IMG/VR virus record: IMGVR_UViG_3300017697_000015 | Location: 1 to 64,000 of that record | Length of the DNA stretch: 64,000 bases | Source of the DNA: an uncultured virus (IMG/VR IMGVR_UViG_3300017697_000015) | Taxonomy: Duplodnaviria; Heunggongvirae; Uroviricota; Caudoviricetes | Strand: one strand, 5' to 3' | Shown: positions 28,930-38,047 of the stretch, piece by piece | Layout of the letters: each line of letters starts with the position of its first letter | Numbering within the stretch: position 1 is the first letter of the stretch | Made by a program: the position numbers and the translations under genes | Notes under the pieces: model-generated | Database searches by the model: none | What the model was told of the DNA's origin: nothing | Seen by the model: only the letters and a program-made list of their open reading frames with translations

Positions 28930-29691
28930 TTATTTTACAATACGTTCCTTACATATTTTAAAGTAGTTCGTATCTAACTCAATGCCAATGAAATCACGAT
29001 TTAGATTAATTGCAGCTAATCCTGTTGTGCCACTTCCCATGAACGGGTCAAACACAACATCACCCTCATTACTCCATGAGAGTATATGATCTTGGGCCAT
29101 CTTTAGTGGAAACACAGCAGGATGCGGAATCTTACCACCACCAACACCATATTCCCAAATGTTTTTTCGTTTGCCATATTCTGCTGCTGTTTTGTACACT
29201 CTATCAGGGATAGTTCCATCTTTTTTCATACCAGACTTAGCAGTGCTTTCAGTCATACCGCCTCTAACATTTTTCCTATCCTTGATCGCATTAAATGTTT
29301 TTGGTCTACCTTTACTGAATACAAACATATACTCAAAACTATTAAAGTATGCATATTTTGATCCAGTAAACGACTGTGACTTTTGATAGATCATTGTATC
29401 ATGTAAGCGAAAACCACACTCTTTAGCCCATAATGCTTGCTTAAACGATGTGCCAGTTTCGCTTCCTTCAATTGTCGCGTCTGCAACTACCCAAACTATT
29501 ACACCACCATCACTTGTGACTCGAAATAGATCAGTTAATACGTCTTTCCATACTTGTTCTCCCCATTGGTCATTATTTCCATTGTAGGTGCGCAAATTAT
29601 CATATGGAGGACTCGTGACTGTTAGATCAACCGAACCATCTGGCATTTTCTTCATTATTTCAATATTGTCACCATGTATCAAATCAATCAT
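28930..29691 (-). CDS. Orphan beta-class N4-cytosine/N6-adenine DNA methyltransferase
   Basis: TSPPY before DPFMGSGTT; HPAVFP. Confidence 0.9.
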   Translation of the reverse strand: MIDLIHGDNIEIMKKMPDGSVDLTVTSPPYDNLRTYNGNNDQWGEQVWKDVLTDLFRVTSDGGVIVWVVADATIEGSETGTSFKQALWAKECGFRLHDTMIYQKSQSFTGSKYAYFNSFEYMFVFSKGRPKTFNAIKDRKNVRGGMTESTAKSGMKKDGTIPDRVYKTAAEYGKRKNIWEYGVGGGKIPHPAVFPLKMAQDHILSWSNEGDVVFDPFMGSGTTGLAAINLNRDFIGIELDTNYFKICKERIVK

Positions 29692-30491
29692 ATAGGAGTA
29701 ATTGAAGTAATATTCTTTAGCGTCTTATAAAGAAACTTATCGTGAAGCACATTGTTAAGTGGTTTTACTTGCCCTCTACCATCTAATCTCACACTACCTG
29801 TTATGGCAAAGATTGCATCAAATGCCGATGCTGCGCTAACCAAGTCAGCCATAGTATGCTCACTATCGCGGTTTCTTGAAACGGACAATTCATATACCTT
29901 ATTGTGATTGTCTGTCAACCTATATACAAATGCTTTTTGTCGCATTGTATCATGTCTATATTTTTCGATAAGACGTAACTGTAATCCCTCAAATTCACAA
30001 TGAGAGCGATGATTATAATCATGAGACACATATTTTTCAGCAATAGCATCAGTGCGTTTTTCATACGAAGTGATTCGCGGCAACGTCATTAATAACTTCT
30101 TGTACGATTCCATCATTGGTGTATTTCGATTACTACACATATGCAGCAGTTTTTTCCTCCAGGAAGTAAGTGTAATATCATCACTTAATTTCGACATGAA
30201 GAACTTATTTTCCCAATATGAAAATATATCAGCAGCGTTTGCGTAATCTTCTGCAAGAGGAATTGTTGCATTAAGTGTATTGCCGTCGCAGCAGTTTGTG
30301 AAAAGACTCATGGACTCAGAGAATGCATGAGTTCTATTCATATAGAGTAATACAGCCAATGCACCTTCTATGCTAACTGATAAAAGACTGCTTGATGCCC
30401 GTTCGTCATAGTGCGTGTGAATTTCTTCAATTTCATCATGTTTTAGTAGAGTATTTAATGTGACTTGTGGGTAAAAATTTGCGGTAGACAT
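29688..30491 (-). CDS. Hypothetical protein
   Basis: 267-aa ORF; ATGA coupling. Confidence 0.65.
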   Translation of the reverse strand: MSTANFYPQVTLNTLLKHDEIEEIHTHYDERASSSLLSVSIEGALAVLLYMNRTHAFSESMSLFTNCCDGNTLNATIPLAEDYANAADIFSYWENKFFMSKLSDDITLTSWRKKLLHMCSNRNTPMMESYKKLLMTLPRITSYEKRTDAIAEKYVSHDYNHRSHCEFEGLQLRLIEKYRHDTMRQKAFVYRLTDNHNKVYELSVSRNRDSEHTMADLVSAASAFDAIFAITGSVRLDGRGQVKPLNNVLHDKFLYKTLKNITSITPI

Positions 30492-30510
30492 AATGCAATC
30501 TCGTTAATGG

Positions 30511-30587
30511 TGGCCTCCACTAGAGGATTCGAACCCCTGACCTAGTGCTTAGAAGGCACTTGCTCTATCCAACTGAGCTAAGTGGAG
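30511..30587 (-). tRNA. tRNA-Arg (UCU)
   Basis: Cloverleaf: CTCCACT/AGTGGAG acceptor, anticodon loop CTTCTAA, TTCGAAT T-loop, encoded CCA. Confidence 0.95.
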
Positions 30588-30596
30588 ATATTCGGT

Positions 30597-30812
30597 TTAA
30601 TGTTCAATTTTTACAATATTGAACTCTAATATTGTGATGTTTAGTAATTCAATGTATAATTGAAAGATGGGAGTATATAGCGTGAAGTCACCACGCATGA
30701 CACTTAACTTGAAGTCAACTAATGATACCCCATCTGAGAAATTTTTATATTTGCGCAATGCTGCAACTTCCCACCCAATATTTTTTTTCGTGCGTCCACT
30801 GAATAAAATCAT
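30597..30812 (-). CDS. Hypothetical protein
   Basis: 71 aa; ATGA coupling. Confidence 0.55.
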   Translation of the reverse strand: MILFSGRTKKNIGWEVAALRKYKNFSDGVSLVDFKLSVMRGDFTLYTPIFQLYIELLNITILEFNIVKIEH

Positions 30813-31033
30813 ACCTTTTCCTTTTTACGAAAGTTTTCTGAATAATTTTCTGTAAATGTGTCGTGCGTTACTTTTTTAAATTTACGTCTTGACTTATAGA
30901 ATGATAGAGGTTTCTTGAATTCAATAAGTGTATCATCATGTACACGTATATAAGCAAACAACTTTCCTTCAGGATTCAAAAAATATGTGTGAGGTGGAAA
31001 TTCACCACCTGTGATTTCTAATAAACCTTCCAT
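30809..31033 (-). CDS. Hypothetical protein
   Basis: 74 aa, 'PHTYFLN...FKKPLSFYKSRRKF'. Confidence 0.65.
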   Translation of the reverse strand: MEGLLEITGGEFPPHTYFLNPEGKLFAYIRVHDDTLIEFKKPLSFYKSRRKFKKVTHDTFTENYSENFRKKEKV

Positions 31034-31071
31034 AATAATATTACTCTATTTAATTTATTTTGATATGTTCT

Positions 31072-31197
31072 TTATGCATTATTGATATGATGCTTATGCT
31101 TAACAACACCACGCTTTAAAGATTTTTTACGATCAACCATTACTGCACTCTTATTGAATGTGCGTGCATTCTTTGATACTAAATTTCTTGCTTTCAT
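31072..31197 (-). CDS. Small basic protein (41 aa, not in ORF track)
   Basis: MKARNLVSKNARTFNKSAVMVDRKKSLKRGVVKHK...; AGGAG SD; downstream of early promoter. Confidence 0.65.
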   Translation of the reverse strand: MKARNLVSKNARTFNKSAVMVDRKKSLKRGVVKHKHHINNA

Positions 31198-31229
31198 TTC
31201 ATACTCTCCTTAACTCATTAACTATACTA

Positions 31230-31258
31230 ATTATACAACAAGGAGCCTTACTTGTCAA
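31230..31258 (-). promoter_or_regulatory. Early sigma70-type promoter
   Basis: TTGACA-17-TATAAT. Confidence 0.85.
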
Positions 31259-31292
31259 CCTTTTTTTGATTTAATTTGACATTAATGTATAT

Positions 31293-31369
31293 TGGTGGGT
31301 CTACTCAGACTTGAACTGAGGACCTGCCGATTATGAGTCGGATGCTCTAACCAACTGAGCTATAGACCC
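31293..31369 (-). tRNA. tRNA with CAU anticodon (probably Ile2, lysidine-type; elongator Met not excluded)
   Basis: GGGTCTA/TAGACCC acceptor, anticodon arm CCGA-CTCATAA-TCGG, encoded CCA; lacks initiator features. Confidence 0.9.
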
Positions 31370-31413
31370 CCAATATACACTACTATTGCTCTTTGCTTAT
31401 GAGTTTCTATTTA

Positions 31414-32010
31414 TCAACCCGGAATCCAGAAAAAAGTTTTATTTGTATTAAATTTATTATTTGTTTTTACCCATTTCTTATTTTCTAATTTATATATAAC
31501 ATTCGCATCAATCTTATCAGCACCTTTAAATTTAACTGACGAGAAACTAGCACCTCTCACAAACATAGGACAGTTTTCATTTCTCCACATATATAATGTT
31601 TCTTCTTTAAAATATATACATGCGAATGAACCATCTACTTCGCTCAACTTTAACATATTACTAACAATGTGTTTGTGCAAACATGCAGTATCCCAATTTG
31701 AATGATAATTCCATTTCTTCAATTGTTCTTCTTTTATAATACCATTGTGCCATAATAATGTTTCGTCTAGTTCAGATGGGTGAACAGATGAAATAGTCCT
31801 TTCAGATGTAGTAGGTGCTTGCACATGTCCGACATGCAATGAACCAGATCGGGTTTCACTAAGTTCAAACTTACCCAAACTTTTATCAATTATTTCTAAT
31901 GATTTTCCATCATACATTGCTGTTGAAAATGAATGGTTTCCTCTATGTGAATTCAATTCTGCTAACTCATTAAACTCACCAACATAATAACTACCAAATA
32001 TACTACACAT
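31414..32010 (-). CDS. Class II (Ntn) glutamine amidotransferase
   Basis: N-terminal MCSIFG, HRG, WHNGII, DT and DGSFA motifs. Confidence 0.85.
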   Translation of the reverse strand: MCSIFGSYYVGEFNELAELNSHRGNHSFSTAMYDGKSLEIIDKSLGKFELSETRSGSLHVGHVQAPTTSERTISSVHPSELDETLLWHNGIIKEEQLKKWNYHSNWDTACLHKHIVSNMLKLSEVDGSFACIYFKEETLYMWRNENCPMFVRGASFSSVKFKGADKIDANVIYKLENKKWVKTNNKFNTNKTFFWIPG

Positions 32011-32013
32011 CGC

Positions 32014-32754
32014 CTACAATCGCCAAGGTATAGTAATCTGATATTCAATAGGATCTGCAATAGACCTATCCATGAATGCTTTGATACGTTCTGCACAACT
32101 CGGACATACACCACAAGACTTACCATCAATATCAGGATCATAACATGTCAATGTATGCTCATATAAATGTACCAAATCAAGTTCCTCTAATAGCGCAATC
32201 TCTTCATCCTTTGTCAATGTATTAAATGGTGCTACTATTTGTACAGGACAGTTGCGATTCATACTCATTACATCATTCAATGCGTTTGCGAAACTAGGCG
32301 TAGTATCCCAATAACCATATGCATCGGTTGCTTGAATACCAGCAAACACATACTCTGCACCCATCGCTTCTGCATACGCAGCAGTCAATGAAAATAAGAT
32401 CATATTACGATATGGTACATATGTAGAAGGCTGCGGTTCACCTAATACATCTTGAATAGTAGGCATATCAATATCAGTGCCCGCAATGTTTGCACTCATA
32501 GGTTTTGCAATTTCTCCTAGAATAGAAAGATCAAACAATTTACGATGAACACCAAGTTTATCACATAATTGTTCTGCACGTTCAAGTTCTACTCGCTGCT
32601 TTTGTCCGTAATCATAACCAACTGAGTATACATTGTCAGCACCATATTTGTGTGCTGCAATAATAACAGCCGTTGAACTATCAAGTCCGCCACTATGTGT
32701 AATAACTACTTTGTCTGTATCAGGTAATGTATTCATTACTTCGTTTAATGTCAT
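32014..32754 (-). CDS. queC: 7-cyano-7-deazaguanine synthase QueC family
   Basis: SGGLDS PP-loop, DYGQ, YVPYRN, TCY...CGVCPSC. Confidence 0.92.
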   Translation of the reverse strand: MTLNEVMNTLPDTDKVVITHSGGLDSSTAVIIAAHKYGADNVYSVGYDYGQKQRVELERAEQLCDKLGVHRKLFDLSILGEIAKPMSANIAGTDIDMPTIQDVLGEPQPSTYVPYRNMILFSLTAAYAEAMGAEYVFAGIQATDAYGYWDTTPSFANALNDVMSMNRNCPVQIVAPFNTLTKDEEIALLEELDLVHLYEHTLTCYDPDIDGKSCGVCPSCAERIKAFMDRSIADPIEYQITIPWRL

Positions 32755-32777
32755 AAATTCCTCTTAATTATTAAATC

Positions 32778-32806
32778 ATTATACTATGATTGTATATATT
32801 TGTCAA
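32778..32806 (-). promoter_or_regulatory. Sigma70-type promoter for queC-gat
   Basis: TTGACA-17-TATAAT. Confidence 0.8.
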
Positions 32807-33192
32807 TCCCTGATATGCCATGAAGAACCTGATAACGCTGTTGTTAACTTCGTTCTCTGTGCACGATCTGTTACACCCAAATCGTATTGTCCATGATCTC
32901 TTGCTGTGTCTACTGCGCTTTTCGCAGTTCTCAATTCCCATCCAAATACTATACGAAGCGTCTTTATTGCAGCAATATAAGTGTCTTGATCGCCTGTCAC
33001 ATCATACTGCAATAGTGCATGTTTAGTGCTGTCACCAGCAAACATAGTCATTAACATGCCACCACGTATAGATGGGTCTAGTGCGTCAAACATCGCTATT
33101 GCCTGATCACCACCAAATTCTTCACCAAGTTCGGTCTTACAAACTGCATAGAATTCTTGTACTGCATCCATTAATGCATCACTTATTTTCAT
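32803..33192 (-). CDS. Protein with ribosomal L7/L12 CTD-like motif
   Basis: 'YIAAIKTLRIVFGWELRTAKSAVD' resembles the L7/L12 KIxxIKxxRxxxGxxLxEAKxxVE pattern. Confidence 0.55.
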   Translation of the reverse strand: MKISDALMDAVQEFYAVCKTELGEEFGGDQAIAMFDALDPSIRGGMLMTMFAGDSTKHALLQYDVTGDQDTYIAAIKTLRIVFGWELRTAKSAVDTARDHGQYDLGVTDRAQRTKLTTALSGSSWHIRD

Positions 33193-33247
33193 CTAATACC
33201 CAATTGTACATATACTTATCAGTATTCTTTTATTAATTCACTTATCT

Positions 33248-33276
33248 ATTATACAACAATAAGCCTTTCATGTCAA
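33248..33276 (-). promoter_or_regulatory. Early sigma70-type promoter
   Basis: TTGACA-17-TATAAT. Confidence 0.8.
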
Positions 33277-33283
33277 GTATTAG

Positions 33284-33832
33284 TTAAGATATAAACCATT
33301 TAGGTATTGAACGACCTGTCCATGTCATTTTAAATCTAGATTGCTTAGTCATATAGAACTCGCGATATGATCTAACTGCATCGCCAGGATGCATACATTC
33401 TGGATTTGATCCCATTGCAAGTCTGAATTCAGTTTTTGATTTTCTTACTATATTGGTGGGTATTGCTTTGAGTACTTTGCGTAATTTAGTATCTGATGCA
33501 TGTACTTTTCCATAGCGATATGTATATTCATCACATAATGCTATAAAGTGAGTGTAATGCCATTTATAGTTGGTATCTGATTCGAATGTCCATTCAGTAC
33601 AAGGATGATACATATGTACCGCTTTGTACAATACATCGTCATGTACTGGATGTGACCATTTCTTTACCATACGCTTGCCTGAATTAGAAGGCGCTGTGTA
33701 TAACTTACCATCTAACATACGATGAACTGTAGATAACATCTGTGCTGACTCTAAAATCATTTTAACTACGTGCTTATCACATTGTAGTTGGGCTGCTTTT
33801 ATTGGGTCATTATCAAGTATGAATAAATTCAT
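33284..33832 (-). CDS. Pyrimidine-dimer DNA glycosylase (DenV-like) family protein
   Basis: 'MNLFILD.DP..AAQ..CDKHVVKMILESAQML...HPC..W'. Confidence 0.8.
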   Translation of the reverse strand: MNLFILDNDPIKAAQLQCDKHVVKMILESAQMLSTVHRMLDGKLYTAPSNSGKRMVKKWSHPVHDDVLYKAVHMYHPCTEWTFESDTNYKWHYTHFIALCDEYTYRYGKVHASDTKLRKVLKAIPTNIVRKSKTEFRLAMGSNPECMHPGDAVRSYREFYMTKQSRFKMTWTGRSIPKWFIS

Positions 33833-34068
33833 TAGTGTACTACCGGCGAATTGGCAGACTCACATAATTTATTGATGCATTCTTGTAATAGATCATATGC
33901 TTCTTCTTCTGCATCACGTGAAATTTCTAACGGGGAATCAATATGTAAATCAGCAGACACAAAATTCCAGTTTATAGAATTATCTTCGTATCTATTTTCA
34001 TCGTCTGACAAATAACCATTATCGATAACCATTTTTGCAATTTCTACAGCATTCATAATATTTCTCAC
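33832..34068 (-). CDS. Hypothetical protein
   Basis: 'INWNFVSADL'; start may be ATG at 34056. Confidence 0.6.
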   Translation of the reverse strand: MRNIMNAVEIAKMVIDNGYLSDDENRYEDNSINWNFVSADLHIDSPLEISRDAEEEAYDLLQECINKLCESANSPVVH

Positions 34069-34087
34069 TTAGATTAATGTAAGACCT

Positions 34088-34116
34088 ATTATACAATAAT
34101 GAACATCACTTGTCAA
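34088..34116 (-). promoter_or_regulatory. Early sigma70-type promoter
   Basis: TTGACA-17-TATAAT. Confidence 0.8.
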
Positions 34117-34144
34117 TAGTTTTTAACTAATTATTTTAATCATG

Positions 34145-34819
34145 TTACGTTTGGTCGAAGTTTGCAATTAGATCATGGGGAATTCCGTATCTTTCCTGAT
34201 TGAAAAACTCCCTCCAATTAGTTGGTAATTCCCAATCATCAAACGACATCATATCTTCTCCGTATTTTAAATAAGATTTTTGCAACATCGCAGTGTAGAT
34301 TTCATTATTGAGATTAGCTTCCCATGGTGCGCCAAGACACAATGTATACTTTGTTTCACTATGTGTATTAACCATATCATGAGGCCATCTACCACTAATA
34401 ATATACGGTTTGTTTGTATCGTGGTTTACAACGTATCCGTTAGATGTTATCCATCTAAGGTCTGTTACGTTGCCTCGGAACACATATCTAAATTTATGCT
34501 GAACTGTGTTGAATTTATCTGGAGCGCAATCGATATGCGGGGCCATTGCTTTACCTATAGGTGTAGTTATGACCACCATCTGACTACGCATAGTCCATGG
34601 AAATAAGTGCATTTCTGCCCAATCAACAAATTCTGGTAATTTGTCTGTAATTGGCATCCATCTTCCCTCAGGAGACATTAATACGATTGAAGGACTAACT
34701 CTATAATCATCTGAAACCATTTCAGTTTCACTATCTAGCACCTGTGATATATCAGGTGGGGATGGTATGTCTAATGGCATTGATATTAGATTTGAAAAAT
34801 CAATCTGTTTTTTACTCAT
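34145..34819 (-). CDS. Putative 2OG-Fe(II)/cupin oxygenase
   Basis: 'APHID'...'WPHDMVN' HxD...H triad. Confidence 0.6.
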   Translation of the reverse strand: MSKKQIDFSNLISMPLDIPSPPDISQVLDSETEMVSDDYRVSPSIVLMSPEGRWMPITDKLPEFVDWAEMHLFPWTMRSQMVVITTPIGKAMAPHIDCAPDKFNTVQHKFRYVFRGNVTDLRWITSNGYVVNHDTNKPYIISGRWPHDMVNTHSETKYTLCLGAPWEANLNNEIYTAMLQKSYLKYGEDMMSFDDWELPTNWREFFNQERYGIPHDLIANFDQT

Positions 34820-35339
34820 TTTCCTTCTCCAATGATATTGAGTACGGCGATATTGTTGCTATATTTTGCCAACAATTGGGATCATTTCTACTTGTTGGAA
34901 CTGTGCAATATAATCCATCCAACACTCTAAATTCGGATATGATATACTTGTTAAATGTAGACACTGCCTTTTGAATGGAGTTGCGTTTTTTTGCTGTTTG
35001 TATTGAAAAAAATGGTTGGTATCCATTTTTAATGCAATCATCAACCAATTTGTTGACCATGATAGATGCCCATTCTGTGTGGGCAAGAGAACTGCTTCTG
35101 TAGGTTGGCGTTACGAAATATCGGTCAAATATACGTGCTTCTTGATTGTCGAACTTTCTAATTCCGCAAAATGCTACAACATTAACCTCGTCATACAATA
35201 CATAAAATCCAATCCACTTTGTCCATGCTTTTTCAAACTGATCCAAGGTGTAGTTATTTCTGTTATCATCCTCAGTTAAATGTGCTTGCCTAAAGGTATA
35301 CTTTGCAAGTTCTTTATCAGTAATTAATTTAAAATGCAC
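34812..35339 (-). CDS. Putative GNAT-fold acyltransferase
   Basis: 'VVAFCGI...ARIFDRYFVTPTYRS'. Confidence 0.55.
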   Translation of the reverse strand: MHFKLITDKELAKYTFRQAHLTEDDNRNNYTLDQFEKAWTKWIGFYVLYDEVNVVAFCGIRKFDNQEARIFDRYFVTPTYRSSSLAHTEWASIMVNKLVDDCIKNGYQPFFSIQTAKKRNSIQKAVSTFNKYIISEFRVLDGLYCTVPTSRNDPNCWQNIATISPYSISLEKENE

Positions 35340-36084
35340 GTCCCCATGCCTCCCAATACATCCGGTATCGTTTGAATGCTCTATCCCATTCTTTTAAATT
35401 TTTTACATTGACGACAGTAAATACTAGAGCATATCTGTCTACATCTGAATTATTAAAAACAGCATGTTCTATTTTATCTTCTTCAAACGTATAGAAATGT
35501 CCGGTTGACTTAAAATTATATAACGCTTCACCATCACTATCTCTAAACGCATTCTTAATATCGTAATGTGTTATAATAGGACATATGACACGCATGTTTT
35601 TAGATGCAGTTTCATCTCTATGATACGGCATTGTGCCTCCTGCTGGAAGTTTAACAATACGGGCTCGACATATATCAACTGTAGGTGTTCTGTCAGCATC
35701 AAACGCCCACATTGAATTTAGATCAGATAATAATTTTTTCACATCTGGATCATCTGAAGGTATAACAAAGTTTTCTTCATTAGTTTCAACTGTGAACTTA
35801 TCGTGATTCGTGTTAAGAAAATCTACAATGTCGGTATTGCCCAATTTGCGTTCCACACTTGTTAGGTATCTAATATACTTAGACCCATCTCTATTTGATT
35901 CTCGACTGTAATCACATTCATGCAAATTTAAAAACTGTACTGCACATTCCCTATCTTTGTATATGTTAAGATAACTCTCTGTATTAGAGAATGGACAAAA
36001 AAACTTATCTTGATTCTTATCAATTATATTACGGACTATATCAGTATCAATTCTTAGATGCCATGTTCTATCAAAGTGTTTCAT
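35329..36084 (-). CDS. Asp/Asn beta-hydroxylase-like 2OG-Fe(II) oxygenase
   Basis: 'RARIVKLPAGGTMPYHRD'...'EHAVFNNSDVDRYALV'. Confidence 0.8.
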   Translation of the reverse strand: MKHFDRTWHLRIDTDIVRNIIDKNQDKFFCPFSNTESYLNIYKDRECAVQFLNLHECDYSRESNRDGSKYIRYLTSVERKLGNTDIVDFLNTNHDKFTVETNEENFVIPSDDPDVKKLLSDLNSMWAFDADRTPTVDICRARIVKLPAGGTMPYHRDETASKNMRVICPIITHYDIKNAFRDSDGEALYNFKSTGHFYTFEEDKIEHAVFNNSDVDRYALVFTVVNVKNLKEWDRAFKRYRMYWEAWGRAF

Positions 36085-36989
36085 AATTTCGACTGGGTCT
36101 TAGCATAGTATTCGAAAAATGGAGCAACTTTGTAATCATCAGTTAATATACCACGTCTGGATGATCCTGAATCTGGTATTCCATCATCATCCACTGTCCA
36201 ATCTGTTATCTTTCCTAGCATTACGCCAGCGGCTGTTTCAAATTTGTAAGTTAATGATCTCTTCTCTACATGACCGTCTATAGTATCTATAAACTCTATC
36301 CCATTTCCATGCAGATCGGTTACAATTTTTTTAAGTTCGTGTATTGTGAATGTATGGGTATCTTTAAAGAACCCTATTTTACCAACAGATTTTAATCTAA
36401 TCATAACTGGGAACTTAGTAGGACTAAACTTTACATTATGTTTCAGCGCCATCTCTACAATATATTCTATAAGAGGAGCAACTACGTGTACATTACTCGG
36501 ATCAAGAATGACATTAATGTGAGGCAGCATCTTAACTTTAAATATATTTTCTAGCGCAATCATCTTTGATTTAGCATACTTACCATTGTCAAAGTCCATA
36601 TACACTTTGTCTTCCAATCCGCCATTCATTGAGATACCTAATAAGTTTAGACCAGCATCTTTTAGTTCTTGTGCATAAGGTTCACGTCTTAGTTTTAATC
36701 CGTTGGTTAGAAGAGATGGCCTGTGACCACTGGTTCTCACAATCTTTATTAACTTAATAAGGTCAGTATTCATCGTTGGTTCAGCGCCAATAAATCTAAT
36801 ATCAGTTCTTTTGGGCAATGCCTTGATTGCTTCTTCAAATCTTACAAGATCAACATCTGGTATACTATCATTATTCAGCATTTCCCCAAGATAACAATTT
36901 GCACAAGTCTGTTGACACTTGTACGTTGTTTGAATCGATAGAGTTTTAAATTCATTTTGACTTGTGGGTAATTCATAATACTTTGTCAC
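36081..36989 (-). CDS. Radical SAM enzyme (MoaA-like core)
   Basis: CQQTCANC, GAEPT and TNG motifs; GTG start with AAGGA SD. Confidence 0.88.
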   Translation of the reverse strand: MTKYYELPTSQNEFKTLSIQTTYKCQQTCANCYLGEMLNNDSIPDVDLVRFEEAIKALPKRTDIRFIGAEPTMNTDLIKLIKIVRTSGHRPSLLTNGLKLRREPYAQELKDAGLNLLGISMNGGLEDKVYMDFDNGKYAKSKMIALENIFKVKMLPHINVILDPSNVHVVAPLIEYIVEMALKHNVKFSPTKFPVMIRLKSVGKIGFFKDTHTFTIHELKKIVTDLHGNGIEFIDTIDGHVEKRSLTYKFETAAGVMLGKITDWTVDDDGIPDSGSSRRGILTDDYKVAPFFEYYAKTQSKL

Positions 36990-37016
36990 TTTGATTGTCC
37001 TTTTATAGTGTAATAC

Positions 37017-37024
37017 TATTTAGT
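37017..37024 (-). promoter_or_regulatory. Late-type promoter variant
   Basis: ACTAAATA flanked by GTAATACT/AGTATTAC inverted repeat. Confidence 0.45.
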
Positions 37025-37042
37025 TACCAAGTATTACTTGGT

Positions 37043-37567
37043 TCAAAGTGAAAGAGATACTTGAATAGATACACTATCGCCTACATTGAAGAATTTATTT
37101 GTTTTGAATGATAACTGCATATTGTTATATTCAGCCATAACAATATTTCCATCATACTGTCGAATAACTTCTGTAGTGTAATTAGTATTACATTGTCGCT
37201 GACTTTGATAACCAATAATCTGCTTCTTAGAGGACTTCTTATTAGCAATATCTGCACCAGCAATAGCACCAAGTAATGTCGCTGCATCTTTTCCTTTTCC
37301 GCCACCTACACTATTCCCTATCAGACCTCCAAATATCGCGCCTGCGAGGACATCGGCAGTACTTGCATCATTTGTGTCTCCGTAGATGGGTACATTAACA
37401 TTTGTACATACTTCTACAGGGGTTTGCACACTAATGTTACTATACACTTTCTGCACTGATTTCACCACTGCGTTCTGCATGTATGTCTCTGCTGATGCCA
37501 TTGTTGCCGCTACTGTGGTTAATAGTAATGCACCACCTAATGCGATTGATCGTTTATAACTTTTCAT
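37043..37567 (-). CDS. Glycine-zipper 2TM exported protein (YcfJ-like)
   Basis: Signal peptide; 'GAIFGGLIGNSVGGGKGKDAATLLGAIAG'. Confidence 0.85.
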   Translation of the reverse strand: MKSYKRSIALGGALLLTTVAATMASAETYMQNAVVKSVQKVYSNISVQTPVEVCTNVNVPIYGDTNDASTADVLAGAIFGGLIGNSVGGGKGKDAATLLGAIAGADIANKKSSKKQIIGYQSQRQCNTNYTTEVIRQYDGNIVMAEYNNMQLSFKTNKFFNVGDSVSIQVSLSL

Positions 37568-37737
37568 TATTGTTCTCCAATTTTATTAATACTTTGTAGT
37601 ACATCGATTCCCAATGTACCTTTTAGTACTTTCAGTTTAGTTTGTTTGCGTTCATTTTCTGTTACGCTTTTCATGTCGTTTTTAATTCTCTCAACTATTT
37701 CGTCATAGACATCATAATCTTGATCATAATCATGCAT
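37567..37737 (-). CDS. Small hypothetical protein (56 aa, not in ORF track)
   Basis: MHDYDQDYDVYDEIVERIK...; TAATG coupling. Confidence 0.55.
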   Translation of the reverse strand: MHDYDQDYDVYDEIVERIKNDMKSVTENERKQTKLKVLKGTLGIDVLQSINKIGEQ

Positions 37738-37746
37738 AATTAAATC

Positions 37747-38034
37747 CTACATCAACTCAGGGAACATATCCCCAACATAAGTTCGTACTCTTGCTTCCAC
37801 GAGTGCATCAATATCAATTAGATTCTCTTTAGGTCGATGAATTCCATCACTCTCAACTGCATCTTTCGCCACTTGCAGCAATTGTCGTTTATTGAGACTA
37901 GTTACCGCATACGGTCGTACCGTTCCTGATTGTACCGCACTTAGTATATAATCTGCCACATCGGTTATATCCATTGGTACTACAATTTTTGTGTTGATAC
38001 GCTTAATTCCATCTTCGTATAATTCAGCCCGCAT
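37747..38034 (-). CDS. Hypothetical protein
   Basis: 95-aa ORF with SD. Confidence 0.65.
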   Translation of the reverse strand: MRAELYEDGIKRINTKIVVPMDITDVADYILSAVQSGTVRPYAVTSLNKRQLLQVAKDAVESDGIHRPKENLIDIDALVEARVRTYVGDMFPELM

Positions 38035-38047
38035 AAAATGTTACTTC

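Noticed and set aside
33177..33192. MKISD N-terminus as another member of the MKINE-tag family
   Set aside because: The gene is driven by an early sigma70 promoter and lacks the following xE site, so the match is probably coincidental
36081..36989. Radical SAM protein as QueE completing the preQ0 pathway
   Set aside because: It lacks QueE-type N-terminal features, resembles a MoaA-like core, and is in a separate transcription unit from queC
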